Source: an uncultured bacterium
GTDB taxonomy: Bacteria > Chloroflexota > Anaerolineae > B4-G1
Direction of reading: 5' to 3'
Length of the DNA: 64,000 nt
Assembly (NCBI GenBank): GCA_965612745.1
Contig: CBFDTD010000005.1
Span: 498 to 64,497, forward strand
Shown: positions 27,058 through 35,674 of the stretch, in pieces
How the letters are laid out: every line of letters starts with the position of its first letter
Numbering within the stretch: position 1 is the first letter of the stretch
Program-made: the position numbers and the translations under genes
The notes under the pieces: generated by a model
Seen by the model: only the letters and a program-made list of their open reading frames with translations
What the model was told of the DNA's origin: nothing
Database searches by the model: none

Positions 27058-27858
27058 TCAGGGACGCCGGCGGCGCGTGGGGGGCCGCCGGCGAGAGCGC
27101 GGACGGCGTGAAGGACGCCTTACGGAGACCCTACGGACGGAAGGAGGAGGCCGCAGTAACAAGTACGCGGCCACGGCTCCCGCAGACACGACGACTACGG
27201 CCGTTCCGCCGATCACCCAGGGGTTGCTAAAATCGAACCGTTTGGCCGGCGTCACGACGGCGATTAGCGTGCCCTGTGGGTTGTACCAGGTGGCTCGGCC
27301 ACCGCGTACCTCGTGCGCGTTGCTGGAGACGATGCGGCCCCCGCGCAGATGGAAGGTACTCTGTGCCAGATAATTCAGCCACTCCATCTCACCCGTCGTT
27401 TCCTCCATCTCCAATGAAAAGCGGACCTGGTCATCGCCCAGGTTGACCACGCTGGCGTTCATATTCATCCCGGTCAGAGCCACGTCCTGGAGTTGTGCCC
27501 AACCGGTGCCCTCCAGCCTGATCGTGTAGGCCGTCTCGCCGCCACCGGCCGAGCGTTTGCTCCATGAAGCCTGCACGCCCTGGGCGCGGTACTCGGCGAC
27601 GATCTGGTTGAGACCGGCGTCAAGCATTGTCTCGCTCCAGGCGCCGGTGTCCATGCCGATCTCCAGGCCGATGCCGGGAATGATGTCGCCGCCCACGCCG
27701 ACCTGGGGAAGCAAGGACAGATTGAGGGTCACGGTGTTGACAACGACCCACTCCTCGTCCTCATAAAGCATAACCTCGGTCTCAGTGGAGCAGGCGGTGA
27801 GCAGGAACGCCAGGACGGCCAGGAAGCCGATGGCCATAAAACGAGCCTTGTGGCGCAT
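27058..27858 (-). CDS. Lipoprotein with C-terminal TM anchor and Arg-rich tail (LppM-like)
   Basis: Lipobox LLTAC; C-terminal WVIGGTAVVVVSAGAVAAYLLL followed by an Arg/Pro/Ser tail. Confidence 0.7.
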   Translation of the reverse strand: MRHKARFMAIGFLAVLAFLLTACSTETEVMLYEDEEWVVVNTVTLNLSLLPQVGVGGDIIPGIGLEIGMDTGAWSETMLDAGLNQIVAEYRAQGVQASWSKRSAGGGETAYTIRLEGTGWAQLQDVALTGMNMNASVVNLGDDQVRFSLEMEETTGEMEWLNYLAQSTFHLRGGRIVSSNAHEVRGGRATWYNPQGTLIAVVTPAKRFDFSNPWVIGGTAVVVVSAGAVAAYLLLRPPPSVRRVSVRRPSRRPRSRRRPPTRRRRP

Positions 27859-27864
27859 TGCTCG

Positions 27865-28398
27865 CTACCTGCGCCCAGGAGCCGATAGCAGGCGCTCGTA
27901 GATGATGCCGCCCAATGCTCCCAATCCCGTCCCGGTCACCAGGTCCACGACGACCAGCAGCCACGGCGCGGTGAACCCGACCAGCGTCACCAGTGGGATC
28001 AAAGAGGAGACCGCAGTGGTACCGGCGAAATACATCACGGCTGCCAGGATGGCCAGCAGCAGGCCGGCCAGCGCGCCTTCTTTGATGAACTCCGGCAGGT
28101 TACGCCGCACCCGCTCCCCCCGGTGTCCTACCTGACGCAGATACACGCTGCGCGTGAGATCTGCCTGCCAGCCGGCCAGGATGCCGTTGAGGATGTAGGC
28201 CAGCAACTGAATGGGATAGCAGATGAGCGCGATGGTGAAGCCGGTCATGGCGAAGATGGAGGCCCCCAGGCCGTTGGCGACGAAGATGACGGCCAGGATG
28301 CCGAAACTGATGCATGCGGCGCGCACCCAGGGCGGGATACTGTGCCACATCCCCGGCGGACGCACGCGACGGCGACGGCTACGACTTTGACTGGACAT
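27865..28398 (-). CDS. Four-TM membrane protein
   Basis: RBS GAGGAGG before ATG 28398; Arg-rich N-terminus; four hydrophobic segments. Confidence 0.75.
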   Translation of the reverse strand: MSSQSRSRRRRVRPPGMWHSIPPWVRAACISFGILAVIFVANGLGASIFAMTGFTIALICYPIQLLAYILNGILAGWQADLTRSVYLRQVGHRGERVRRNLPEFIKEGALAGLLLAILAAVMYFAGTTAVSSLIPLVTLVGFTAPWLLVVVDLVTGTGLGALGGIIYERLLSAPGRR

Positions 28399-28399
28399 A

Positions 28400-30301
28400 T
28401 TACTTTCCACCTCCTCGAGAAGCGAACAATACTGCTGTCGAAACCTGAGCAATGGCCCAAGCCAGTCGGAAGATCGCTCCCAGGAACGTCCTGGATGAGG
28501 CATACATAGCGGGGAGAAAAGACGAGAGAATAGGAACGGAAATCTGTAGTGGTTCCACGGGTGTGTGATTTCCCTGCATGGTAATCTGCAGGGGCAAATT
28601 GGACACATATAGACGGTTATGTAAAGGCAAGGTGACTAATGTTAACGATTCACTTGCCTGCGCCTGTGCTGGAACTTTGAAGAATATTTGCCCGTTTGTG
28701 GCATCTTCCTCCCTATCCAGCAAGTACATCACCTCGGCACCGGGGGTCTCCCCAGTGCTGGTTACTGCCAGAGTTACCGTCAGAGCAAGGGTGCTGGTGA
28801 GATGATTGGTGACATTGATGATCACATCTCCCCGATCCTCCGTTGAGAGCCAGGGGGGCGCTGTGATGAATACGGAGAAATCAGGTTTTCTCGTTTCATC
28901 ACTTGCCGGCACCCGATGGGTAATAGGCATAATCTGGAGACGAAACCACAAGAGGTGCACCAGCAAGAGAGATAGAATAACCAGGAGCGTAGGAAATGTC
29001 TCGGCAGGGTGGCGGTGGCAGAATCCCAATAACGCTTCACATATCCTTCGCCAAGGATCAGGGCCTTCATATTTCTTGTCTTTGTCTTCGTCTTTCTCCT
29101 CCCGCTTATTCTGGGAGCCCGCCACTTCTCCAGATGCCGGTACCCTCCTCTTTGCTTGCTGCCTACTTTCGTCAAGCCAATCAAGGGCTTTCCACCACAG
29201 CCGCAAACTCAGGAAAGAACCCGACAACAGACATAACCACCCAGAGATTAGGCCGGGGATTGTATCTGAAATATGGTGTGACAAGAGAAGTATACCAAGG
29301 AAAGGGATGATGAGGAGTAAAAAGCGCAGCCATTCCCAGGGAACCAAACGTTCTAATCCTGAACCATCAGAATAGGTTGCTAAAGGCAATGCGAACAATA
29401 GATATGCCAGAAGTGCACAGAGAGCCGCAATGGTTAAACACCGAGCAGAGAGAGACATCTGCCCGGGAGACAGAAACAACGTGAGCAGGAAAACTGCTGC
29501 TGGGATTGAATAAGCAATGCGACGGACTAACTTCCAGCCGGTTGATACATGATTGTGCTCCACGCTGCGCTCCACGAAGCAGAACCAAATGATCCCAGCT
29601 AATAGAGCAATCACTAGAGCAATCAACACCTCAACAAGATAACGGTAGTCAGCCAGTGTTTTCCGCCACTGGAGTAAGGTGTTCCCCACAGCGGCTATTC
29701 CAAGTATCTCTGGTAACTGTTTCACGCTGACTCCTGAAGCAGCTATGAACAGAACAGGGACGAGCACCCAGCTCAATGCTATGAAGATGCGTGCTTGCCC
29801 TTTTGGAGAGATGGCGCGCTTATGTGCTTCCTCGAGAAGCGAGCTAATCACAACGCGAGGGGCCTCGGTCAACTTCACCCACCACCGCTTGACTCGCCCT
29901 CTGCGTTTGTAGTAGTAGAGCCAGAAGGAAAAAGCACCGATCACACGACCTTCCGTTTTTCCGTTTCTGGTTAACTCTATCAGCAGACGGTTTTCTCTCA
30001 GACTTCTCCATAGGTCTGTATCAGTCTCTTTGATGTAACTTCTGTGACATGCTTGCTCAACCAAATACCTTTGAGCATCTGCGTTCAGACCCCGCCATAG
30101 TTTTTCCCACGTGGGTTGTATGTCCGCACATTCCTCTTCTTTCCACCAGTTCTCCCAACGCTGCAGAAGTTTGCGGAGTTCTTTGATCTTCAATTCACCG
30201 GGTGGCTTCTCGGCTTTGGGAAGGAATTCGCTGTGCCCTTCCCAAAACCGGCGGCATTTGGAATGTGCCCCGCACCATTCTTCTAAACTGCTCATCTGCA
30301 T
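28400..30301 (-). CDS. Multi-pass membrane protein
   Basis: 633-aa ORF coupled to its neighbours; N-terminal winged-helix-like segment, many TMs, C-terminal beta-rich region; lower GC. Confidence 0.7.
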   Translation of the reverse strand: MQMSSLEEWCGAHSKCRRFWEGHSEFLPKAEKPPGELKIKELRKLLQRWENWWKEEECADIQPTWEKLWRGLNADAQRYLVEQACHRSYIKETDTDLWRSLRENRLLIELTRNGKTEGRVIGAFSFWLYYYKRRGRVKRWWVKLTEAPRVVISSLLEEAHKRAISPKGQARIFIALSWVLVPVLFIAASGVSVKQLPEILGIAAVGNTLLQWRKTLADYRYLVEVLIALVIALLAGIIWFCFVERSVEHNHVSTGWKLVRRIAYSIPAAVFLLTLFLSPGQMSLSARCLTIAALCALLAYLLFALPLATYSDGSGLERLVPWEWLRFLLLIIPFLGILLLSHHISDTIPGLISGWLCLLSGSFLSLRLWWKALDWLDESRQQAKRRVPASGEVAGSQNKREEKDEDKDKKYEGPDPWRRICEALLGFCHRHPAETFPTLLVILSLLLVHLLWFRLQIMPITHRVPASDETRKPDFSVFITAPPWLSTEDRGDVIINVTNHLTSTLALTVTLAVTSTGETPGAEVMYLLDREEDATNGQIFFKVPAQAQASESLTLVTLPLHNRLYVSNLPLQITMQGNHTPVEPLQISVPILSSFLPAMYASSRTFLGAIFRLAWAIAQVSTAVLFASRGGGK

Positions 30302-31713
30302 CCCTCATCAATGGCCTTCGCGATCCACGGGCTTAGCCAGGCACATTCAGCCTGATCCCTGTCTATCAGAATCCCTCTTTTCTGAAGCGAGAGTGCCTCA
30401 TCGGAGGACGATCTCCTCCTGGCACATTTTAGTCTTAGTCTCTTTAGCAATAACGGGCATGCTTTGCATTTCTTTACATCTTCGCAAATCCATCCTCGCA
30501 ATGATCCTTTTCTCGCGAGCAGGTCACTTTGATAACGCCCCCAGAGAAGTCGGGCAGTCTCTTGCACCGCTTCCTCAAATCCTGCAAAGTTCAACAATGC
30601 CGACCAGAGACTGTTCAATACAACCGGGATATCTTCTCCGTCATAGTGATATAGTTTCTTCATATGGCAAAGAAGCGCATTGAGCAACGCAGGGTGCCCA
30701 CCTGTCAAATCGTGCAAGCGGGAGGTAATTGCTTCTGCATCATCTCTTTGAAGCGCTTTCTTGAGCGCAGAGAGAGCAAGACGTGGGGGAGAAGGCGCAT
30801 CTAAAATGTACCTTTTGACTTCCTCCTTCCCAAATAGTTCTACAGGTATCTCGGGAACTTTTCGTTGAGGCCACTGCGCATCCATATTGTTTTCGTTTCC
30901 CCGAATCTCGAATGGCAGCACATCCACAATTATCCACTTGAATTTGAGTGGTCGAGTCCATACATCTTTTGATATCTGGTATAGCGTCAACAGTAGGTCT
31001 CGGAGCACTGCGGGCCCACCTGTGCGTCCGAATGCTTCTTGGAATTGATCTAGTATCAATATTGCGTCCGTGTCAAACCTTTCATTAAGGCATTTGGTCC
31101 ACTTTTTGATAACTCTCCACATCGCTTCCTCGGCTGGTCGGCTTCTCCCAGATGACGGCGCGTATTCGTCAGAATGGCAATCGTCTGGTAGCTGATCGCG
31201 TACCAATCGAAATACCAGATTGCATAAAGTTTCATCTTCCCGCCAGTCTGCCAGGCTTATGTATACAGACCTGGGATGACTCTCTCTCCATTCGCGAATT
31301 GCCATTGTTTTCCCGACCTGGGGCAGTCCCCACATCCATATCATACCTGACCTCATACTCTCTACACTCTTGTTAAGCCGCTCCTTAACTTTAGGGCGTT
31401 TGAAGATATACGGAGAAACACCCCGCTCATGACAGAAAGGGCTTATCACTTCAACATTGAGCGATTCTACCCTGTAAGGATGCAGGCCGGCACGGTGACC
31501 AACCCTTAGTGTCACCTCTCCCACGCGATCAAACTCGACCTCAAAAGAAACCCGACGTGTACTCGTACTGATGGATCGTTCGGCCGGGCCAATAACCCGA
31601 TAGCCCTCTCCATTTTCAAGTCCGATAGAACCCGAGCGGCTATTTTCTATCTCTAACTTTATTTTATTTTTTCTACTGAGCCACACAGATCGATCTTTCA
31701 GTCTTATTATCAT
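30292..31713 (-). CDS. AAA/STAND-type ATPase
   Basis: WGLPQVGKT Walker A; ILILDQFQE Walker B; LTGGHPALL. Confidence 0.78.
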   Translation of the reverse strand: MIIRLKDRSVWLSRKNKIKLEIENSRSGSIGLENGEGYRVIGPAERSISTSTRRVSFEVEFDRVGEVTLRVGHRAGLHPYRVESLNVEVISPFCHERGVSPYIFKRPKVKERLNKSVESMRSGMIWMWGLPQVGKTMAIREWRESHPRSVYISLADWREDETLCNLVFRLVRDQLPDDCHSDEYAPSSGRSRPAEEAMWRVIKKWTKCLNERFDTDAILILDQFQEAFGRTGGPAVLRDLLLTLYQISKDVWTRPLKFKWIIVDVLPFEIRGNENNMDAQWPQRKVPEIPVELFGKEEVKRYILDAPSPPRLALSALKKALQRDDAEAITSRLHDLTGGHPALLNALLCHMKKLYHYDGEDIPVVLNSLWSALLNFAGFEEAVQETARLLWGRYQSDLLARKGSLRGWICEDVKKCKACPLLLKRLRLKCARRRSSSDEALSLQKRGILIDRDQAECAWLSPWIAKAIDEGCR

Positions 31714-31718
31714 TGCCG

Positions 31719-34208
31719 TTACGCTCCTCCTCTCAGCTTTTTGCAGACTATCTGCAATAAAGGACGAGTGTCAAGTTCACTGATCGATCCACACTGCTTT
31801 TCATCATTCATCATATCATTCAGCAATGTGCTCAAATTCTCATTTGCTGCCCTTTTCTTCAGATACCCCAGAGCCTTCCTTGCTCTTTCTACATCCCTCC
31901 GGTCTGGATCATCCTTCTGGCATAATCTAACCAAGTCACTATATCTTTTCCAGATGCTCAGCTTTCGCTTTTCTTGAGACTGCTTTATTGCCTTTCCATA
32001 CTTTCCTTCAACAAAATTGAGTACTTCAAGGAAAATGGCTTGGCCGGTTGCCTTGCCTAAACTTTCTCCGATGCAAGAAGGTCTCTCAGGGCGTAGAATA
32101 TCACTTCCCTCATCCGTTCCCTCCAGAGCCTCAAAAGGGGATATTGAATTTGGCAGAGGGCGCCTATCTCTTTGACTCCAATCCCAAGCCAACTCTGTGC
32201 TGGCTGCTATACCGCCGTAAATCAACACGGCCAAGGCTCTCTCGTCCCATTCCCCAAGATGAGAACTGAGCTCTACCCAATTTTTGGCTTCGTCTTGAGC
32301 AAAGATCGCAAGAAGTGCATTTTCCCTGTAGTTCCCCTTCCTATTTAGTTCCTGCCTCATCTTGCGCCAATCTTCGGCCAATCGCCCACCTAACTCTTCT
32401 ATGATGGGCCAACTATTTTCTATAGAAAACCTTCTCCATCTCCGCCAGAGCTCCGGGGCGCCAGGTTTTTCCTTAAAACCACGTCTAATGTCCTCCATCT
32501 CTCTCTTGCGCTGCCACCATCGCCACACAAGAATCGTGAGAGCCATAAGAAGTATCAGTGTCAGTGCCGAAAGCACGGGCATAGCCATCTCAACCCGCGG
32601 ATGGGAGAGAGGTTCAACCAGATGGACGACGTAATCGTAGGGCACTCTTTGCTCCCCAAAGACCTGAACCACAAGTGCAGATGGTTGCAGAGTATTATCA
32701 GTGGAGGTCAACGTCACTAAATAGGTTCCGCTACTTTGCGTGTGTGGCTGGATTTCTGAAACCATCCCATTAGGATGGAGCAAATGCATTGTTACCTCGT
32801 ATTCCGGTCTCCAATTCCCCACCGTCACCGTCACATACACCGACTGCCCCGGTCGGATCGGGCCGGTCGGCGTCACGGTCATCGCCAGCGTCGGGAGTGC
32901 TATCATCTCGAATCGCCGCCCCACAGGCTCCACTTCCACCCCGGGAACGCTGCTCTCCGCCGCCAGCGCCACGGTGTACACACCGCTCTCGAACCAGGCC
33001 GAGGGTACGGTGGTCGCGAACAGACCGACCCTCTCATCCGGCTTCAGCACCAGGGGGCCGGTGACACCTGCCGTACCGCTGATTGTGGCCGTGACCGTGA
33101 AGAGCGTCAGGTCGGTCACAGGTGCACCACCGGCCGTGAGCCCGGCACGCACCGCCACCTCCCCTCCCACGGCCAGGGACTCCTCCGGGGCACGGACATA
33201 CAGCGCAAGGTCCGCGACGCCCTCACCGACCTGTCGGTAGTAGGCCAATCCACTGCCTTGCAGTCGCACGTGCCATTCCCCGGCCAATGGCCGGAAGAAC
33301 GTGTACTCGGTGCCCGCAACGACCGGCGTCACCGTCCGGCCCGCGTGGAGAAACGTCACCGTCATTGGAGAGTCCGGCAGAATCCGGTAGCGCGTCCAGG
33401 TGCGGAAGGGAGGAATGGTCAGGGCAATGGTCTGCTCGCCGTCCACTTCCACAGGTGTCAGGCCGGCCAGCAGCGCCTCGGCGCCCAGGTCACGGAGCAT
33501 AGTGCCGTACACCCGACCGGGAGAAGCCAAGACCACGTTCGGCCGGTAGGTGGAGATGAGAGTATCTGTCAGGAGTTCCTGCCACACGTCTTGATAGTAC
33601 GCCGCAAATGTCAGTAGATGCACCGATACCCCGCGTGAGCGCAAATCCCGCAAGGCGGCTTCCGCCGCCGGACGGTCCCGTGCGATGTTGTCGAAAAATC
33701 CGTCGCTTATCACAACGATGTCGCAACGGCGGACGTCCGGCGAGCAATCAGGGGCATCGGGTGGAAACAGCATCTCCGAGGCGGCATCCAAGGCGGCGGC
33801 GAAATCCGTCCCGCTCCCCTGGTCTATCTCACGGACCGCGGCGAAATCCGCCTTCGACCAATCCCGAACCGGCGTCAATGGCATCAGCATTTGTGTGGAG
33901 CGGGCAAAACCGATCGCCCCCACACGCCGGTTACCGCCGGCCGGATCCGATCCGAACACGTTGACCACAAAACGGGTCAGGCGCAAGCGCATATCCTGCT
34001 CATCCGGTGTGATATCGGGTATGCCATTGCCGGTCGTATCACCGATGCGCACCGAGGGGCTGTTGTCAATCAGGAAGACTATATCATGGGGCACCGGCGG
34101 TTCCGCCCTAACCGGAGATACTGCAATCAGCAACGATACCGTCAAGGCTACACCAAGCCCTATGGCAACCGCGAGGCGGTGATATTCAGACATTGGTGAA
34201 AGTTTCAT
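31719..34208 (-). CDS. Secreted, membrane-anchored vWA domain protein with cytoplasmic tail
   Basis: Signal peptide; DIVFLIDNSPS MIDAS; GTDF; VVISDG; TM near residue 560; RBS GGAG before ATG 34208. Confidence 0.82.
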   Translation of the reverse strand: MKLSPMSEYHRLAVAIGLGVALTVSLLIAVSPVRAEPPVPHDIVFLIDNSPSVRIGDTTGNGIPDITPDEQDMRLRLTRFVVNVFGSDPAGGNRRVGAIGFARSTQMLMPLTPVRDWSKADFAAVREIDQGSGTDFAAALDAASEMLFPPDAPDCSPDVRRCDIVVISDGFFDNIARDRPAAEAALRDLRSRGVSVHLLTFAAYYQDVWQELLTDTLISTYRPNVVLASPGRVYGTMLRDLGAEALLAGLTPVEVDGEQTIALTIPPFRTWTRYRILPDSPMTVTFLHAGRTVTPVVAGTEYTFFRPLAGEWHVRLQGSGLAYYRQVGEGVADLALYVRAPEESLAVGGEVAVRAGLTAGGAPVTDLTLFTVTATISGTAGVTGPLVLKPDERVGLFATTVPSAWFESGVYTVALAAESSVPGVEVEPVGRRFEMIALPTLAMTVTPTGPIRPGQSVYVTVTVGNWRPEYEVTMHLLHPNGMVSEIQPHTQSSGTYLVTLTSTDNTLQPSALVVQVFGEQRVPYDYVVHLVEPLSHPRVEMAMPVLSALTLILLMALTILVWRWWQRKREMEDIRRGFKEKPGAPELWRRWRRFSIENSWPIIEELGGRLAEDWRKMRQELNRKGNYRENALLAIFAQDEAKNWVELSSHLGEWDERALAVLIYGGIAASTELAWDWSQRDRRPLPNSISPFEALEGTDEGSDILRPERPSCIGESLGKATGQAIFLEVLNFVEGKYGKAIKQSQEKRKLSIWKRYSDLVRLCQKDDPDRRDVERARKALGYLKKRAANENLSTLLNDMMNDEKQCGSISELDTRPLLQIVCKKLRGGA

Positions 34209-34237
34209 ATTCTTGCTCCGTTGAGAAATGCGAAGGG

Positions 34238-34762
34238 CTATGGCGCCGGGCACTGCACCTTCCCGGCCTGGATGTAGGCAGGTTCAACATAGCCGGCCAG
34301 GAGATACCACACCCCCTCCTCGCTCTGCACCTCGCCAATCACGCCGACCCGCGCACCGGCCGCCAGCAACTCCAGACCGATGGTATCCTCGGTCGGCCGA
34401 TTGCGCACCCAGGTCTGCTCCACCACCAGGCAGATTTCCGGTATCGGTGTGGCAGTGGGCGTAGCAGCCGGGGTGAGTGTCCGTGGTGCAGGCATGCCGG
34501 TTGCCGTGGGCTCCTCGGTGGGCGTTTCGGTCACCGGCGTCTGTTCCACCGGCGTTGGGGAGGGCATCTCGGTAGCCTCTATTGACGAGCCTCCACCACG
34601 CGAAAGGAGCAGCAGCGTGACGACGATGCCAACGACCACTACCGCCGCTACCACGATAGCAATCACGGGCCAATTCGGCCTTTTCCGGTCGCGGGGGGAG
34701 CGGAACTTACGACTCCTGATAGATTTGACGCGACGTCGCGGAGGTTCAGCACGGCGTGGCAT
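34238..34762 (-). CDS. Single-TM protein with Pro/Thr linker and SH3-like domain
   Basis: Arg-rich N-terminus, TM, PT linker, WVRNRP..VGVIG..GVWY. Confidence 0.72.
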   Translation of the reverse strand: MPRRAEPPRRRVKSIRSRKFRSPRDRKRPNWPVIAIVVAAVVVVGIVVTLLLLSRGGGSSIEATEMPSPTPVEQTPVTETPTEEPTATGMPAPRTLTPAATPTATPIPEICLVVEQTWVRNRPTEDTIGLELLAAGARVGVIGEVQSEEGVWYLLAGYVEPAYIQAGKVQCPAP

Positions 34763-34766
34763 TTTC

Positions 34767-35657
34767 CTATTCCGCCTTTCTCAAACGCTCTACTAACACG
34801 TCAATGGAAATCCTATTGTCTTCCTCTTTCTCGCCTGGGAACTGGGATTGTATCTCGCGCAGTTTTTCGATGGTCCTCTCCACATCGTACTCCAGCCTAT
34901 GGAAGTAGACTTGCGACTCATCGGTATCGTAAATCGCGTAGCAGGCGCGAGGTGGTGCGCCGTCGCGCGGCTGCCCCACGCTGCCCGGATTGACCAGCAA
35001 GGGGCGGTCGTCCACCTGAACCGGCTCCCTCGGTTTGGAGATTTTCTCCGTGTTGTCGTACTTCCGGGTCTCGACGACGCGGCGGAAGACGGTGGCGCGA
35101 TGAGTGTGGCCGAAGAAGCAGAGCGGCCGATCGTCCGGGAGGCTCAACCACGCTTCCTCCGCATCGGGTGTATCATGCAAGTAGTTCCCCTCCGTCCCGG
35201 TCGGCTCGCAGGGGCTGGCGTGCACCATCATCACGCCCTCTAAAGGATACTGGGCACTCGTCGGCAATTGAGCCAGCCAGGCCCGTTGATCGTCGGAGAG
35301 TTGTTCCAATGTCCACCGGTGGCTCAGGTCGGTCGCCGTGACGTACCTCTTTAACTCTGCCACCCGTGGGTCTTTAAGATCCACAATACCCGCCTGCACA
35401 CCCCAATCGCCGATCAACTGCTCCGGCTCCTGCGCTCCCGCGATCGCCAAGTCGTTGTTGCCGGATATAGCCACGTGGGGCCAACGATCGAACGCCTCCC
35501 GCAGGCGTTCCACACAGGCAGCCGGGTCGGGGCCGTAGACGACCACATCGCCCAGGAACCACAAACCGTCAATTCCCTGCTGCTCCGCGTGGGAAAGCAC
35601 AGCCTCCAATGCCTCCAGATTCCCATGAATGTCGGATAGAATAGCATAACGTGGCAT
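34767..35657 (-). CDS. Calcineurin-like metallophosphoesterase
   Basis: ILSDIHGN, LGDVVVYGP, GNND, HASP, FGHTH, NPGSVGQPRDG. Confidence 0.92.
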   Translation of the reverse strand: MPRYAILSDIHGNLEALEAVLSHAEQQGIDGLWFLGDVVVYGPDPAACVERLREAFDRWPHVAISGNNDLAIAGAQEPEQLIGDWGVQAGIVDLKDPRVAELKRYVTATDLSHRWTLEQLSDDQRAWLAQLPTSAQYPLEGVMMVHASPCEPTGTEGNYLHDTPDAEEAWLSLPDDRPLCFFGHTHRATVFRRVVETRKYDNTEKISKPREPVQVDDRPLLVNPGSVGQPRDGAPPRACYAIYDTDESQVYFHRLEYDVERTIEKLREIQSQFPGEKEEDNRISIDVLVERLRKAE

Positions 35658-35674
35658 CGCATTATCTCCTCAAT

